From: Candidatus Kerfeldbacteria bacterium
Lineage (GTDB): Bacteria > Patescibacteriota > Patescibacteriia > SBBC01 > CAIJZX01
DNA length: 64,000 bases
Reading direction: 5' to 3'
Assembly (NCBI GenBank): GCA_963731735.1
Contig: CAVSWO010000002.1
Location: forward strand, 270,106 to 334,105
The notes under the pieces are model-generated. The model worked only from the letters and a program-made list of their open reading frames with translations, did no database searches and was not told the origin of the DNA. The number at the start of each line of letters is the position of its first letter. Within the stretch, counting starts at the first letter, position 1. Both the position numbers and the translations under genes were made by a program. Positions 1 through 9,145 of this stretch are shown one piece after another.

Positions 1-497
1 CCGATTGATTGGGCCACCGACTGAATGCGTTCAGCCGAGACGCACATGTCCGGACTCGGAACAGTCCGGGCGGACGCACCGGGCTGCCAATCAACGATCA
101 CCAGCCGACCGCCGGGTTGGAGCATACGATGGATCTCGGTTAAGACGTCTTTGTATTTCTTGGTTTGACTTAGTAAATTTACAGCTAGCCCAGCGTTCAG
201 GCTATTTTGTCCAACGCCGCGCGCGCCTTCGTACAATTCCAAATTCGTCCAGACCGCTTTATAGTTAGTCAGGCGCTTGGCTTTCAAGGCGCTCATAGCC
301 GCCGAGAGCTGCGCTTTGACGACATCAAACAACAGAACTTGCCCGTCCGGACCAACCGCCTTGGCCATCAGACTCGAAAAAAATGCCGTTCCGTCTGTTC
401 CAAAGTCTCCGACGTGCATGCCGGGACGCAAATTCAGTTGCGCCACAATTTGATCAGCGTCGAGCGGTTGGGATTGGGCGGGTGGCATGGTATCCAT
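1..497 (-). CDS. Class I SAM-dependent methyltransferase-like protein, 3' end outside window
   Basis: Manual translation of the minus strand from ATG 497 gives MDTMPPAQ..LNLRPGMHVGDFGTDG..AVGPDGQVLLFDV..EIHRMLQPGGRLVIVDW, open to the window edge; not in the ORF track. Confidence 0.75.
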   Translation of the reverse strand, partial: MDTMPPAQSQPLDADQIVAQLNLRPGMHVGDFGTDGTAFFSSLMAKAVGPDGQVLLFDVVKAQLSAAMSALKAKRLTNYKAVWTNLELYEGARGVGQNSLNAGLAVNLLSQTKKYKDVLTEIHRMLQPGGRLVIVDWQPGASARTVPSPDMCVSAERIQSVAQSI

Positions 498-504
498 AGC
501 AGAT

Positions 505-1167
505 TTATTTCTTACGCCGCGCATTGACTTTTCGCGCGCCGTTCATCGGTTTGAAAGTCACGCGATGAATCGGACTCGGACCATGCTGTGCGAGTAACGC
601 TTCATGACGAGAGGTGCCGTAGCCTTTGTGTAAATGAAATTCATAGAGGGGGTGAACCCGGTGCTCGGTCCGCATCAGGGTATCGCGGACGACTTTAGCC
701 ACAATCGAAGCGGCCGCAATCGATAAAACTTGGGCGTCACCATCAATCACGGCTTTAACGGGTTTTTTGCCGTAGGACAACGGAACCGCATCAACCAGCA
801 CCGCATCGGGACGAATGTGGAGTTTCTTCAAGGCATCCAGCAGGGCTTTTTTGTTGGCCCGCACAATTCCATACTGGTCAATATACTGTGACGGTACGAC
901 GCCAACCGCCCAGGCCACCGCCTGCTTGGTAATCTGGACGAACAACGTTTCCCGCTGCTTGACCGTCAGTTTTTTCGAATCATTGATCAGCCCCGGTGAG
1001 AAATCCGGACCTAAAATTACCGCGCCCGCTACCAAGGGTCCGGCCCAGGCGCCCTTACCGGCTTCATCTAAACCGGCCACGTGCGCATGGCCAGCCGCCC
1101 ACAGCCGTTGTTCTTCTTTACGATGGGGTTTGGTTTTGGGCATGTGCGTGTACGTTTCCTCCACCAT
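505..1167 (-). CDS. rnhB: Ribonuclease HII
   Basis: GLDEAGKG, DSKKLT, VLVDA and SIAAASIVAKV motifs; true start may be 1143. Confidence 0.95.
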   Translation of the reverse strand: MVEETYTHMPKTKPHRKEEQRLWAAGHAHVAGLDEAGKGAWAGPLVAGAVILGPDFSPGLINDSKKLTVKQRETLFVQITKQAVAWAVGVVPSQYIDQYGIVRANKKALLDALKKLHIRPDAVLVDAVPLSYGKKPVKAVIDGDAQVLSIAAASIVAKVVRDTLMRTEHRVHPLYEFHLHKGYGTSRHEALLAQHGPSPIHRVTFKPMNGARKVNARRKK

Positions 1168-1564
1168 CAGTATACCCCAACTGCCGCCGGGCGACCATAA
1201 TGCAGGCGCCGTTCGCCATGACTACAAGTCCGAGCTGCTGAGCTTTTTGCCGGATGGCGTCGGATTCCGCCCCGGGTTGAAACCACAGTTTTTTAATGCC
1301 GGCCGCGGCGGCATCCTCGAGAATTTGTAGGCCCACCTCCGGCGGCACGACCACCGACACGACATCCGGTTTCGGTTCAATCGATTGCAAATTCGCCGCG
1401 GCCGGCACGCCATCAAGTTCCTGAAGTTTTGGATTGACCGGCACGACGGTAAATCCCGCTGTCCGTAAATCACGAAACACTTTATGGCCGTACTTATTCG
1501 GATTGGCGGAAGCGCCGACTACCGCAAATCGAAAATTGGGTTGTAGAAAGTCCGTCGGCTCCAT
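1118..1564 (-). CDS. CoA-binding protein (YccU-like)
   Basis: AVVGASANPNKYG, VVPVNP, WFQPG, GACIMV. Confidence 0.9.
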   Translation of the reverse strand: MEPTDFLQPNFRFAVVGASANPNKYGHKVFRDLRTAGFTVVPVNPKLQELDGVPAAANLQSIEPKPDVVSVVVPPEVGLQILEDAAAAGIKKLWFQPGAESDAIRQKAQQLGLVVMANGACIMVARRQLGYTDGGGNVHAHAQNQTPS

Positions 1565-1601
1565 AGCAATAGTCTACGCTTATGGACGGCTACAATCAAA
1601 T

Positions 1602-2846
1602 TCAGTTTTTTGCCTGTCCTGAGTCGGTCTGGATCGCCTCGGCTAACCGCTGGAGCGCGACGATGTATGCTCCGGTTCGTAAAGACACTTGGTGCCGCTG
1701 CGCGGCTTGCCAGGTTTCGTCGAAGGCGGTGGTCATGATGGGTTTGAGTTTTTCCCAAACTTGCTGCTCGGTCCAGCGCTGGTTCTTCATATTCTGCTCC
1801 CATTCAAAATAGGATCCCGTCACGCCGCCGGCATTGGCTAAAATATCTGGCACGACATGAATTCCTCGTTCATGCAGAATCGTATCAGCTTCAGGCGTGG
1901 TTGGGCCATTGGCTAATTCAATCACCGCCGCGGCTTTCACGTCCGGGGCGTTGGTTTTGGTCAGCACGTGTTCGAGCGCGGACGGAATCAGCAAATCAAC
2001 CTCCAGCTTTAGGAGTTCATCATTGTGGATACTGGCTGTCCCATCCAATCCGGTTACGCTGCCAGTGGACTGCTTGTGCGCCAGGATCGCGGCGATATCC
2101 AGTCCATCCGGTTGATAAATGCCGCCGCTTGAATCGGACACTGCCACAACCTTGAAGCCATCGGCTTGTAAGATCTTGGCCGCAAAGGCGCCGACATTGC
2201 CAAATCCCTGAATCGCTACGGTTGTTCCACGCGGAACACGATTGAGTTTTGTCAGTAATTCCTGAATTATATAGACGCCGCCCTGGCTGGTTGAGGTTTC
2301 GCGTCCGGCGGAACCACCCTGATCGATCGGTTTGCCGGTAAAGGCCGCCGGCGTCGGTTGGCCCGCCAAACGGGAATATTCGTCAGTCATCCAGGCCATA
2401 ATTTCCGGCGTGGTATAGACATCCGGAGCCGGGACATCAACCGTCGGTCCGAGATTCGGATACATGGCTTGCACCCATCCGCGTGCTAACCGTTCGAGTT
2501 CGGTCTTCGAAAGATCGCGTGGATTCACGGTCACCCCACCCTTACCTCCGCCGTAGGGAATGCCAACCACCGCGGTTTTCATGGTCATCCAAAAAGCCAG
2601 GGCTTTAACCTCATCAATGTTTGTATCCGGATGAAAACGGATCCCGCCTTTATAGGGACCGCGGGCATTATTGTGTTGCACGCGGTAGCCGGTGTACACC
2701 TTGGTTGAACCATCGTCCAACCTGACCGGAATGGAAAGCTCAATCAGTCGCTGGGGCTGCGACAAAATGTCGAGCACACGCGCGTCAAGTTTCATGACCG
2801 CGGCGGCGGCTTGGAATTGGGCTAAAGCGGAAGCAAAGGGTTGCAT
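1602..2846 (-). CDS. gdhA: Glu/Leu/Phe/Val dehydrogenase (glutamate dehydrogenase)
   Basis: GPYKGGIRFHP, GGGKGG, DVPAPDV, IQGFGNVG, ELANGP, PDILANAGGV; start moved to ATG 2846. Confidence 0.95.
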   Translation of the reverse strand: MQPFASALAQFQAAAAVMKLDARVLDILSQPQRLIELSIPVRLDDGSTKVYTGYRVQHNNARGPYKGGIRFHPDTNIDEVKALAFWMTMKTAVVGIPYGGGKGGVTVNPRDLSKTELERLARGWVQAMYPNLGPTVDVPAPDVYTTPEIMAWMTDEYSRLAGQPTPAAFTGKPIDQGGSAGRETSTSQGGVYIIQELLTKLNRVPRGTTVAIQGFGNVGAFAAKILQADGFKVVAVSDSSGGIYQPDGLDIAAILAHKQSTGSVTGLDGTASIHNDELLKLEVDLLIPSALEHVLTKTNAPDVKAAAVIELANGPTTPEADTILHERGIHVVPDILANAGGVTGSYFEWEQNMKNQRWTEQQVWEKLKPIMTTAFDETWQAAQRHQVSLRTGAYIVALQRLAEAIQTDSGQAKN

Positions 2847-2850
2847 AGTT

Positions 2851-3834
2851 TTATGAATTTGTAGGTTGTTGATGACGAAAGGGCGTCGTAACGCCCCAGT
2901 CCACCACGCCGCCCCGACCGAGACGGCCCAGTGATTGAAAGTATGTATAGAGTCCAAGTGCGGCCTTGGCGCCTTCGCCGGCCGAGATGACGATTTGCTT
3001 TTGGGCGATTGTGGTCACATCACCAGCCGCGTAAAGGCCGGGAATATTGGTGGCGTTCGTTTGCGGATCGACAATCACCTGACGTCGAGCATCGTGAGCG
3101 GCTAAGTGTTCAGCCAACTTCGAATGCACCACATATCCAATTTCCACGAAAACACCGCTGACATCAATCGAATGCTTGGCGCCTGCTTGTTCATAGGTCA
3201 GGCCCTCGACTGCAGTTTTCCCTTCAACCGATAGCGTCTTGGCTCCCAAAGCGACGGTCACCTTCGCTTCTGCCAATGTCCGTTCAATCAGGACGCGTTC
3301 GCCGCGAAGTTCAGTGTGATGGGTCAGCAACGTAACCTGATTATCAGCGGCTAGTAGGAGGGCCGCGTCCATTGCGCTGTTCCCGCCCCCCACTACAGCC
3401 ACCCGTTGCTGATGAAATTTCGTGGCGTCGCAACTGGCGCAATATGAAACACCCTTGCCAATCAATTGGTCTTCTCCCGGTACATCAAGGTGCCGGTGCG
3501 AAAGTCCATGCGCTAATAAGACGGCTGTGCTTTGATACTCCTGGTTCCGAGCTTGGACCTGAAATCCCTGAGAATTTTTTTCAATGGCGTACACCTCGTC
3601 AATCACGACCCGGGCGCCATCTCGTTCGGCTTGCCGCTGCATATTTTTCATTAACGCCAAGCCGTCGATGTGATCAATCCCTGGATAATTTTCAATTTTT
3701 GCGGTGGTGGCTGCTTGACCGCCGATGTCCTGTGAGATCACTAGCGTCTGTAGGCCGCGCCGGGACGCAAACAACGCCGCCGTTAAACCAGCGGCGCCGC
3801 CGCCGACGATAATCACGTCGGTCGTTTGACTCAT
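2851..3834 (-). CDS. trxB: Thioredoxin-disulfide reductase
   Basis: GGGAAG, ENYPG, GVSYCASCD, GGGNSA, GLYAAGD; start ATG 3834 overlaps the trxA stop. Confidence 0.93.
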   Translation of the reverse strand: MSQTTDVIIVGGGAAGLTAALFASRRGLQTLVISQDIGGQAATTAKIENYPGIDHIDGLALMKNMQRQAERDGARVVIDEVYAIEKNSQGFQVQARNQEYQSTAVLLAHGLSHRHLDVPGEDQLIGKGVSYCASCDATKFHQQRVAVVGGGNSAMDAALLLAADNQVTLLTHHTELRGERVLIERTLAEAKVTVALGAKTLSVEGKTAVEGLTYEQAGAKHSIDVSGVFVEIGYVVHSKLAEHLAAHDARRQVIVDPQTNATNIPGLYAAGDVTTIAQKQIVISAGEGAKAALGLYTYFQSLGRLGRGGVVDWGVTTPFRHQQPTNS

Positions 3835-4157
3835 CCGGTGTGTTTGGCTAGTTCGGATTGTAGGGCCTGTTTCTGGTGAACACCGATACCCTGCCAAACC
3901 ATTTGTCCGTGCTTAAATATTGCCAGGGTAGGAATTGAAAGAACATTGTACTGCCCGGGGACGGTCGGATTTTCGTCAACTTCCATTTTGACAAATTTAA
4001 CTTTGTCACCCATCTCTTTCGAGAGTTCATCGATTATCGGGCCCTGAATTTTACACGGTGTACACCAGGTAGCCCAAAAATCTACTAACACTGGAACTTG
4101 CTGTTCTTCCAGCACCTCCGACTTGAAATTTTGATCGGTACCGACAATTTCGGCCAT
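3831..4157 (-). CDS. trxA: Thioredoxin
   Basis: VLVDFWATWCTPCK, SIPTL. Confidence 0.95.
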   Translation of the reverse strand: MAEIVGTDQNFKSEVLEEQQVPVLVDFWATWCTPCKIQGPIIDELSKEMGDKVKFVKMEVDENPTVPGQYNVLSIPTLAIFKHGQMVWQGIGVHQKQALQSELAKHTG

Positions 4158-4175
4158 AGACTTTTCTCCTTGTGG

Positions 4176-4427
4176 CTAGGTCGCCTTAGTAAACAAAGAA
4201 GTTAATTTAGCAATGTCATCCGGTGTGACTGTCCGGTTCTTTCGAATGCGTTCAAGCTCACGTTGGAATATTAGCGAAGCAACGTTTTCAATGCCAGCCC
4301 GTATAGCACTGACTTGCGTCAGGACATCGCTGCACGGTCGGCGATCATTCAACATCTGCTCAACGGCTTCAAGTTGTCCAACCAGTCGATGAATTCTTGC
4401 CCCCAGTGTACGGGAAGATTTTCGCAT
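4176..4427 (-). CDS. CsoR/RcnR-family transcriptional repressor (single Cys)
   Basis: RIHRLVGQLEAVEQML..PCSDVLTQVSAIRA family signature. Confidence 0.85.
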   Translation of the reverse strand: MRKSSRTLGARIHRLVGQLEAVEQMLNDRRPCSDVLTQVSAIRAGIENVASLIFQRELERIRKNRTVTPDDIAKLTSLFTKAT

Positions 4428-4433
4428 ATATGC

Positions 4434-4462
4434 ACAATATACCCCCTGGGGGTTTATGTCAA
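4434..4462 (-). promoter_or_regulatory. Sigma70 promoter with a CsoR-type C/G-tract operator in its spacer
   Basis: Minus strand TTGACA-17 nt-TATTGT; the spacer holds the CCCCC-A-GGGGG palindrome, just upstream of the repressor gene. Confidence 0.7.
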
Positions 4463-4509
4463 GTCGATCGTTTTAGTGTCGTTAAATGTTAACTGAAATA
4501 TAACAGCAT

Positions 4510-4683
4510 TGTTCCACGGGGAACAATCAGCCAAAAAAACCCTGGTGGACCATAGCGGAGTCGAACCGCTGACCTCTGCAATGCGAATGCAGCGCTCTAC
4601 CAACTGAGCTAATGGCCCAAGTGTTAGGTTTTCAATGTTCCTCGCGGAACATTTTATATATTATGAATGTTCCACGAGGAACA
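4510..4683. promoter_or_regulatory. Three parS-like palindromes (4510-4525, 4636-4651, 4668-4683)
   Basis: TGTTCCACGGGGAACA, TGTTCCTCGCGGAACA and TGTTCCACGAGGAACA are 1-2 mismatches from TGTTCCACGTGGAACA. Confidence 0.7.
4543..4618 (-). tRNA. tRNA-Ala(CGC)
   Basis: Cloverleaf, anticodon loop TTCGCAT, encoded CCA. Confidence 0.95.
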
Positions 4684-4713
4684 ATCATAAATATCTTTAA
4701 TTTTTCTAAATAT

Positions 4714-4789
4714 TGGTGGACCCTACCGGGATCGAACCGGTCACCTCTTCCATGCCATGGAAGCGCTCTACCAGATGAGCTAAGGGCCC
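4714..4789 (-). tRNA. tRNA-Ala(GGC)
   Basis: Cloverleaf, anticodon loop ATGGCAT, encoded CCA. Confidence 0.95.
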
Positions 4790-4801
4790 AAGAATAAAGT
4801 T

Positions 4802-4877
4802 TGGTACCCCCACCAGGATTTGAACCTAGATTTATCCCTTAGGACGGGACCGTTCTAATCCATTGAACTATGGGGGC
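4802..4877 (-). tRNA. tRNA-Arg(CCT)
   Basis: Cloverleaf, anticodon loop GTCCTAA, encoded CCA. Confidence 0.92.
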
Positions 4878-4910
4878 AAGTGAGGAACAATGTTCCTTTG
4901 CGTCGTAAAA

Positions 4911-5063
4911 CTATATCAGTTTAAAGAGCCTCGCTCCCAAGTCGCCAAAAAAATTATGATTTAAGTCGTAGAAATACAATCCGACTAATATTCCAGCAAT
5001 TACAAGAGTAAAAGCAAAAACAGTCAGGAGATCCTTTTTGATACCAAAATTTTGTTGTTCCAT
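4911..5063 (-). CDS. Small single-pass membrane protein, hypothetical
   Basis: MEQQNFGIKKDLLTVFAFTLVIAGILVGLYFYD with one hydrophobic helix; start uncertain. Confidence 0.5.
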   Translation of the reverse strand: MEQQNFGIKKDLLTVFAFTLVIAGILVGLYFYDLNHNFFGDLGARLFKLI

Positions 5064-5110
5064 AAGCTTCATCAGTGTACAGAAAAACCTAAAAAAATCA
5101 ATTATTGTCA

Positions 5111-5139
5111 TTGACATTTTCCCTTATTTCTGCTATAAT
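5111..5139 (+). promoter_or_regulatory. Consensus sigma70 promoter
   Basis: TTGACA-17 nt-TATAAT upstream of the 893-aa ORF. Confidence 0.8.
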
Positions 5140-5181
5140 TATTTTAGCGTAAAACAAATAACAACTTTTATATAGGCATGT

Positions 5182-7863
5182 TTGCGTGGCTTACTAACCG
5201 CCGCAAAAAAATTGTTGCATTCAGTCGTTCGCTGGAGCAGCCCTTTCTGGCATCACATCCTACGATGGTCGTCACGATTGGGATTTTTAGTTACCTTAGC
5301 TTTCGCAAAAGCGGGGATTGCAGTTTTGCAATTTGTTCTTGAAACACCCATTTACCTTCGGCATTATCCAACACGCTCTTTTGAAATTCTGGCATTACGT
5401 GATCAGTCGCAAAGTTTTCTTGAATCGTATTCTCTCCATTTACGGAAATACCGTCTTTCAATTTTAGTTACGCTTGGGCTGTTTATTGTATTGATGGGGC
5501 AGCTTTTTGTATTTGGTTACGGTGTCTATCGAGCAGGCAGGCCAACTCAGGTCATTGCCCAAACCAATGTTGTGACACTAACTGATGTCTGGGACAGAAC
5601 TGGAATAAAAAATGAGCCATGGACGTTTGATGGATTTGGATGCGTGTCGGGAACTACGACATTCAGTTGTGAAGCTGATAATACTCGGCTGCTTGCCAGT
5701 TTTTCAAATAACTCAAGTGGTGGAACGGTTTGTCCCGCTACAGATAGTTATCGACGTAGTGGCATGCAATTTTCATTATCTAGCATTCCGAACGCGGCAA
5801 TTATTACAAAGGTTGAATTGCTCGTCACCGTTTTTGATCCCAGTGCAAATTCTATTTCAATTGGACGAAGCACGACTGATAATGGTAGTGGTTTAAGTTG
5901 CGCATCTTTTTATAATGACTTCTTGGCGAACACGTACATAACCACTTCGACTTTTTCAACCGCCGTTGCGAAGACACTAGATTTAGGTGCAACCGCAAAA
6001 ACTGATGTTCAATCTCGTCTCAATACCACAGATGCCATATCAATTTCTTTTGGAAATACGGGGACTGATAGTGTTACGCTTGATTCATTAGAAACCGCAA
6101 ACCCGCCACAGCTTCGCGTCACCTACACATCCGCCCCGTCTGCTCCGTCTGCCCCATCCGTTTCGAGCAGTACCTCACACAGTATTACCTGGAGTTGGAC
6201 AGATAACGCCACCGAAGAAACCCAATATGACCTCCATGACGGCTCGCATCAAGCCGTTTCCGGATGCAGCGCCCTACCGGCGAATTCAATAAGCTGTACA
6301 GAAACCGGACTATCGCCCAATACCAATTATTCTCGTCATGTTCAAGTAACGGATCCGATTGGCACGACCGAAGGGGGCAGCGCGTCCGGATACACGGCCG
6401 CCGCTGATCCGGCGGTAACAAGTGATCGCTCGACCGCGACCTGGTATACGTCGGGGGCTTTCACCTTTTCCAATGCGGCTGCCTGGGGCGCGGGGGGCGT
6501 AGAGTATTATCGCTATGTTTGGAACACATCGTCCACCTTTGCATTTACTGGGAGTGAGTCAACCTGGAGCTCCCTCGATGCAAATTGTCCTGGCGGAACG
6601 TGCGATGTATCCGGCACAAGTTTGCCATTGACCACCAACACGGATAGTCCGAGTTGGTATCTTCACCTCCAGAGTTATAATGGGAATGACCAAGCGGCAA
6701 CTAGCCAATCTTTTGGTCCATATTATTTCGATAGTACCGGTCCAACCGCGCCCAGCAACATCAATGACGGAACGGGCGCTGATATTGACACTACCACAGC
6801 AACGTCACAACTGAGCGCCAACTGGACGGCGGCTAGTGATGTGGGTTCGGGACTTGATCACTATGAATATGCTATCGGCACCAGTGCCGGCGGAACACAG
6901 GTCAGTGCCTTTACCAGTGCCGGAACAAATACCACCGTCACAAAAACCGGATTAACGCTCAACGTCGGAACAACGTATTATTTTTCAGTCCGAACCGTTG
7001 ATACCGCCAGTAATGTCAGTGCCACTCAGAGCAGTGATGGGGTTACCGTTGTGGCTAGTACCGCATCGCCATCCACGCCCGACTCCTCCATAAGTACGCC
7101 GACTATATCCAGTCCGAGTGATGGACAGTCAGTCAATGAACCATACCCAGAGATACGCGGTAGCGGTCCAAGCACCGCTGATATATTTATCGTCGTTGAT
7201 CGAGTGATCAATGTGGTCGTGCGGGCAGATGCGAGTGGAAATTTCAGCGCCCGATTACAATCACCGTTGGTTGAGGGTTCGCACGCCGTGTTTGTTCGAG
7301 CGCGAGTCGGGAGCAACGTCAGTCCCGAGTCGTCACCCATTACCGTCATCCGATCAGGTGGCGGAATTCCGGTCACAATTCGTCATCGATATATTACTGA
7401 CGGTACGAATCCGTCCGTCACCTTTGAGGGTGTGGCTCCCACGAACTCCACGGTCCAGATCCTACTCGATGAAAGTATTTATCAAACATTTTTTGCCGGA
7501 CCTTCGACAACTACTGCCTATGGTTTTTTGAAAACCGTGACCGTGCCCGATAACATTGCCGCCGGACAACACACGCTGAGTTTTATTGCGATTAATGCCA
7601 ACGGAAAAGCCAGTTACGAAACCGGCCAAACGACGTTTACTAAATCCTCGTCGGTGGTGGATGCGCCAGACATCAGCTATAGCAACGCCTCAGAATATGT
7701 TGTGCAATCCGGAGATTCGCTTTGGAGTATTGCTGCAAAATTTTTGGGTGATGGACAAGCTTGGCCGCAAATCCAGCAAGCGAATGAGGCCCAGTATCCC
7801 AGCCTGACAACTCAACCACACCTTATATATCCAGGTTGGGTGCTCCATATACCTTCCGGCTAA
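5182..7863 (+). CDS. Large membrane-anchored surface protein with FN3/Ig-like repeats and a C-terminal LysM
   Basis: N-terminal TM segments, Ser/Thr-rich beta domains (SITWSWTDN, LSANWTAASD..YEYAIGT), C-terminal YVVQSGDSLWSIA..LIYPGWVLHIP. Confidence 0.8.
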   Translation: MRGLLTAAKKLLHSVVRWSSPFWHHILRWSSRLGFLVTLAFAKAGIAVLQFVLETPIYLRHYPTRSFEILALRDQSQSFLESYSLHLRKYRLSILVTLGLFIVLMGQLFVFGYGVYRAGRPTQVIAQTNVVTLTDVWDRTGIKNEPWTFDGFGCVSGTTTFSCEADNTRLLASFSNNSSGGTVCPATDSYRRSGMQFSLSSIPNAAIITKVELLVTVFDPSANSISIGRSTTDNGSGLSCASFYNDFLANTYITTSTFSTAVAKTLDLGATAKTDVQSRLNTTDAISISFGNTGTDSVTLDSLETANPPQLRVTYTSAPSAPSAPSVSSSTSHSITWSWTDNATEETQYDLHDGSHQAVSGCSALPANSISCTETGLSPNTNYSRHVQVTDPIGTTEGGSASGYTAAADPAVTSDRSTATWYTSGAFTFSNAAAWGAGGVEYYRYVWNTSSTFAFTGSESTWSSLDANCPGGTCDVSGTSLPLTTNTDSPSWYLHLQSYNGNDQAATSQSFGPYYFDSTGPTAPSNINDGTGADIDTTTATSQLSANWTAASDVGSGLDHYEYAIGTSAGGTQVSAFTSAGTNTTVTKTGLTLNVGTTYYFSVRTVDTASNVSATQSSDGVTVVASTASPSTPDSSISTPTISSPSDGQSVNEPYPEIRGSGPSTADIFIVVDRVINVVVRADASGNFSARLQSPLVEGSHAVFVRARVGSNVSPESSPITVIRSGGGIPVTIRHRYITDGTNPSVTFEGVAPTNSTVQILLDESIYQTFFAGPSTTTAYGFLKTVTVPDNIAAGQHTLSFIAINANGKASYETGQTTFTKSSSVVDAPDISYSNASEYVVQSGDSLWSIAAKFLGDGQAWPQIQQANEAQYPSLTTQPHLIYPGWVLHIPSG

Positions 7864-7943
7864 CCGATTGACACCGAGCCACGAGGCGCCTACACTAGAA
7901 CCGCTGTACTAGAGTACAGTCTTGATTTCTATCATTTTCGTGT

Positions 7944-8336
7944 ATGGCGATTTTTCAGCGCGACGGCGCCGACCAGGGAACAGATAAAGAAACAATTATT
8001 GGACCAACCGTCAAAGTCGACGGGAATTTTGTCGGAGCGGGCAACGTGATGGTTGAGGGTCACGTCTCCGGTAGCCTGAAGACCAGCAAAGATTTACGGA
8101 TCGGCGAGGGCGCCACACTCAAAGCCGATATTGAAGCCGCCAATATTTTTTTGGCGGGTGAAGTCCGCGGTCAAGTCAAGTGCCATGGCCGACTAGAGAT
8201 CGCAGCCACCGGAAAGATTTTTGGCAATGTCGATACCAAGACCATCGCGATCGCGCATGGGGCGGTCATGCATGGGAAAGTTACGATGGCGGCCGAAGGG
8301 CACCCGGCGCCGAAGAAGTCCTCCGAGCCAGAATAA
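7944..8336 (+). CDS. Bactofilin (polymer-forming cytoskeletal protein)
   Basis: ETIIGPTVKVDGNF..VEGHVSG..GEVRGQV..GAVMHGKVTM beta-helix repeats. Confidence 0.9.
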   Translation: MAIFQRDGADQGTDKETIIGPTVKVDGNFVGAGNVMVEGHVSGSLKTSKDLRIGEGATLKADIEAANIFLAGEVRGQVKCHGRLEIAATGKIFGNVDTKTIAIAHGAVMHGKVTMAAEGHPAPKKSSEPE

Positions 8337-8341
8337 TTTCG

Positions 8342-9085
8342 ATGTACGCTTACCTGGTTGATAACCTGGGTCAGGATCGGCATCTCCAAGCCGAATTGTT
8401 TAAGGTTGAGGCCCGGTTAGCACAACTCGGTATTCAAGGACGAACGGAAAAGATCACTATCCTGAAAAATTTAGTCGAGTCGGCGCGGGATGCGGTTCGA
8501 CGCGGGGCAACAACCATCGTGGCCATTGGTTCCGATGCCACAGTTATCAAACTCTTACCGGTCGCGATTGAAGAAAATGTCTCGCTCGGGATTATTCCTT
8601 TGACGGCGCCATCATCGCTGGCCGAGTACCTGGGGATTCCGTTCGGCGCCGCTGCTTGCGACGTTTTGGCGCGTCGGATCGTGCGGCGCGTCGACGTTGG
8701 TAAAGCCGATAATCAATATTTTTTACGGGAAGCGCGGGTTGAATCCCGGACCCCGGTTGAATGTGACGGCGCCTACACGATTTCCATTGAAGATCCCCAG
8801 GCGCATATCGTGATTGGCAACCTCGGGCCAAACGATAGTCACGGCCAACCAACGGATGGGCGGCTGGAATTGCTTGTCCAAACCGACGCCGATTCCGGTT
8901 GGCCGTTTCGAAAATCTCAGGGCACCCAAAGCAGCGTCATTCCGATTCGGACGGCTAGCCTCAAAGGCAAGTCGGCTGACACATCCTTACTGCTTGATGG
9001 TGAGGTACTGGTCAAGGGCGCCACCACCATTGAGGTAGCCAAGAAAAAACTCGGTATCATCGTCGGCCGCGATCGGAAATTTTAA
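8342..9085 (+). CDS. Diacylglycerol kinase-family protein (degenerate GGDG motif)
   Basis: IVAIGSDAT, LGIIPL, LAEYLGIP, VDVGK, LLDGE; ATG 8342. Confidence 0.7.
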   Translation: MYAYLVDNLGQDRHLQAELFKVEARLAQLGIQGRTEKITILKNLVESARDAVRRGATTIVAIGSDATVIKLLPVAIEENVSLGIIPLTAPSSLAEYLGIPFGAAACDVLARRIVRRVDVGKADNQYFLREARVESRTPVECDGAYTISIEDPQAHIVIGNLGPNDSHGQPTDGRLELLVQTDADSGWPFRKSQGTQSSVIPIRTASLKGKSADTSLLLDGEVLVKGATTIEVAKKKLGIIVGRDRKF

Positions 9086-9145
9086 TCTGACAAAATTGGT
9101 CCGGATTGACAATTGGGGTCTGTTTTCGTATACTCTCGACGTTCT

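Noticed and set aside
4430-5180. Replication origin in the AT-rich tRNA region
   Set aside because: I saw no cluster of DnaA boxes and dnaA is not in the window; only parS-like sites are supported.
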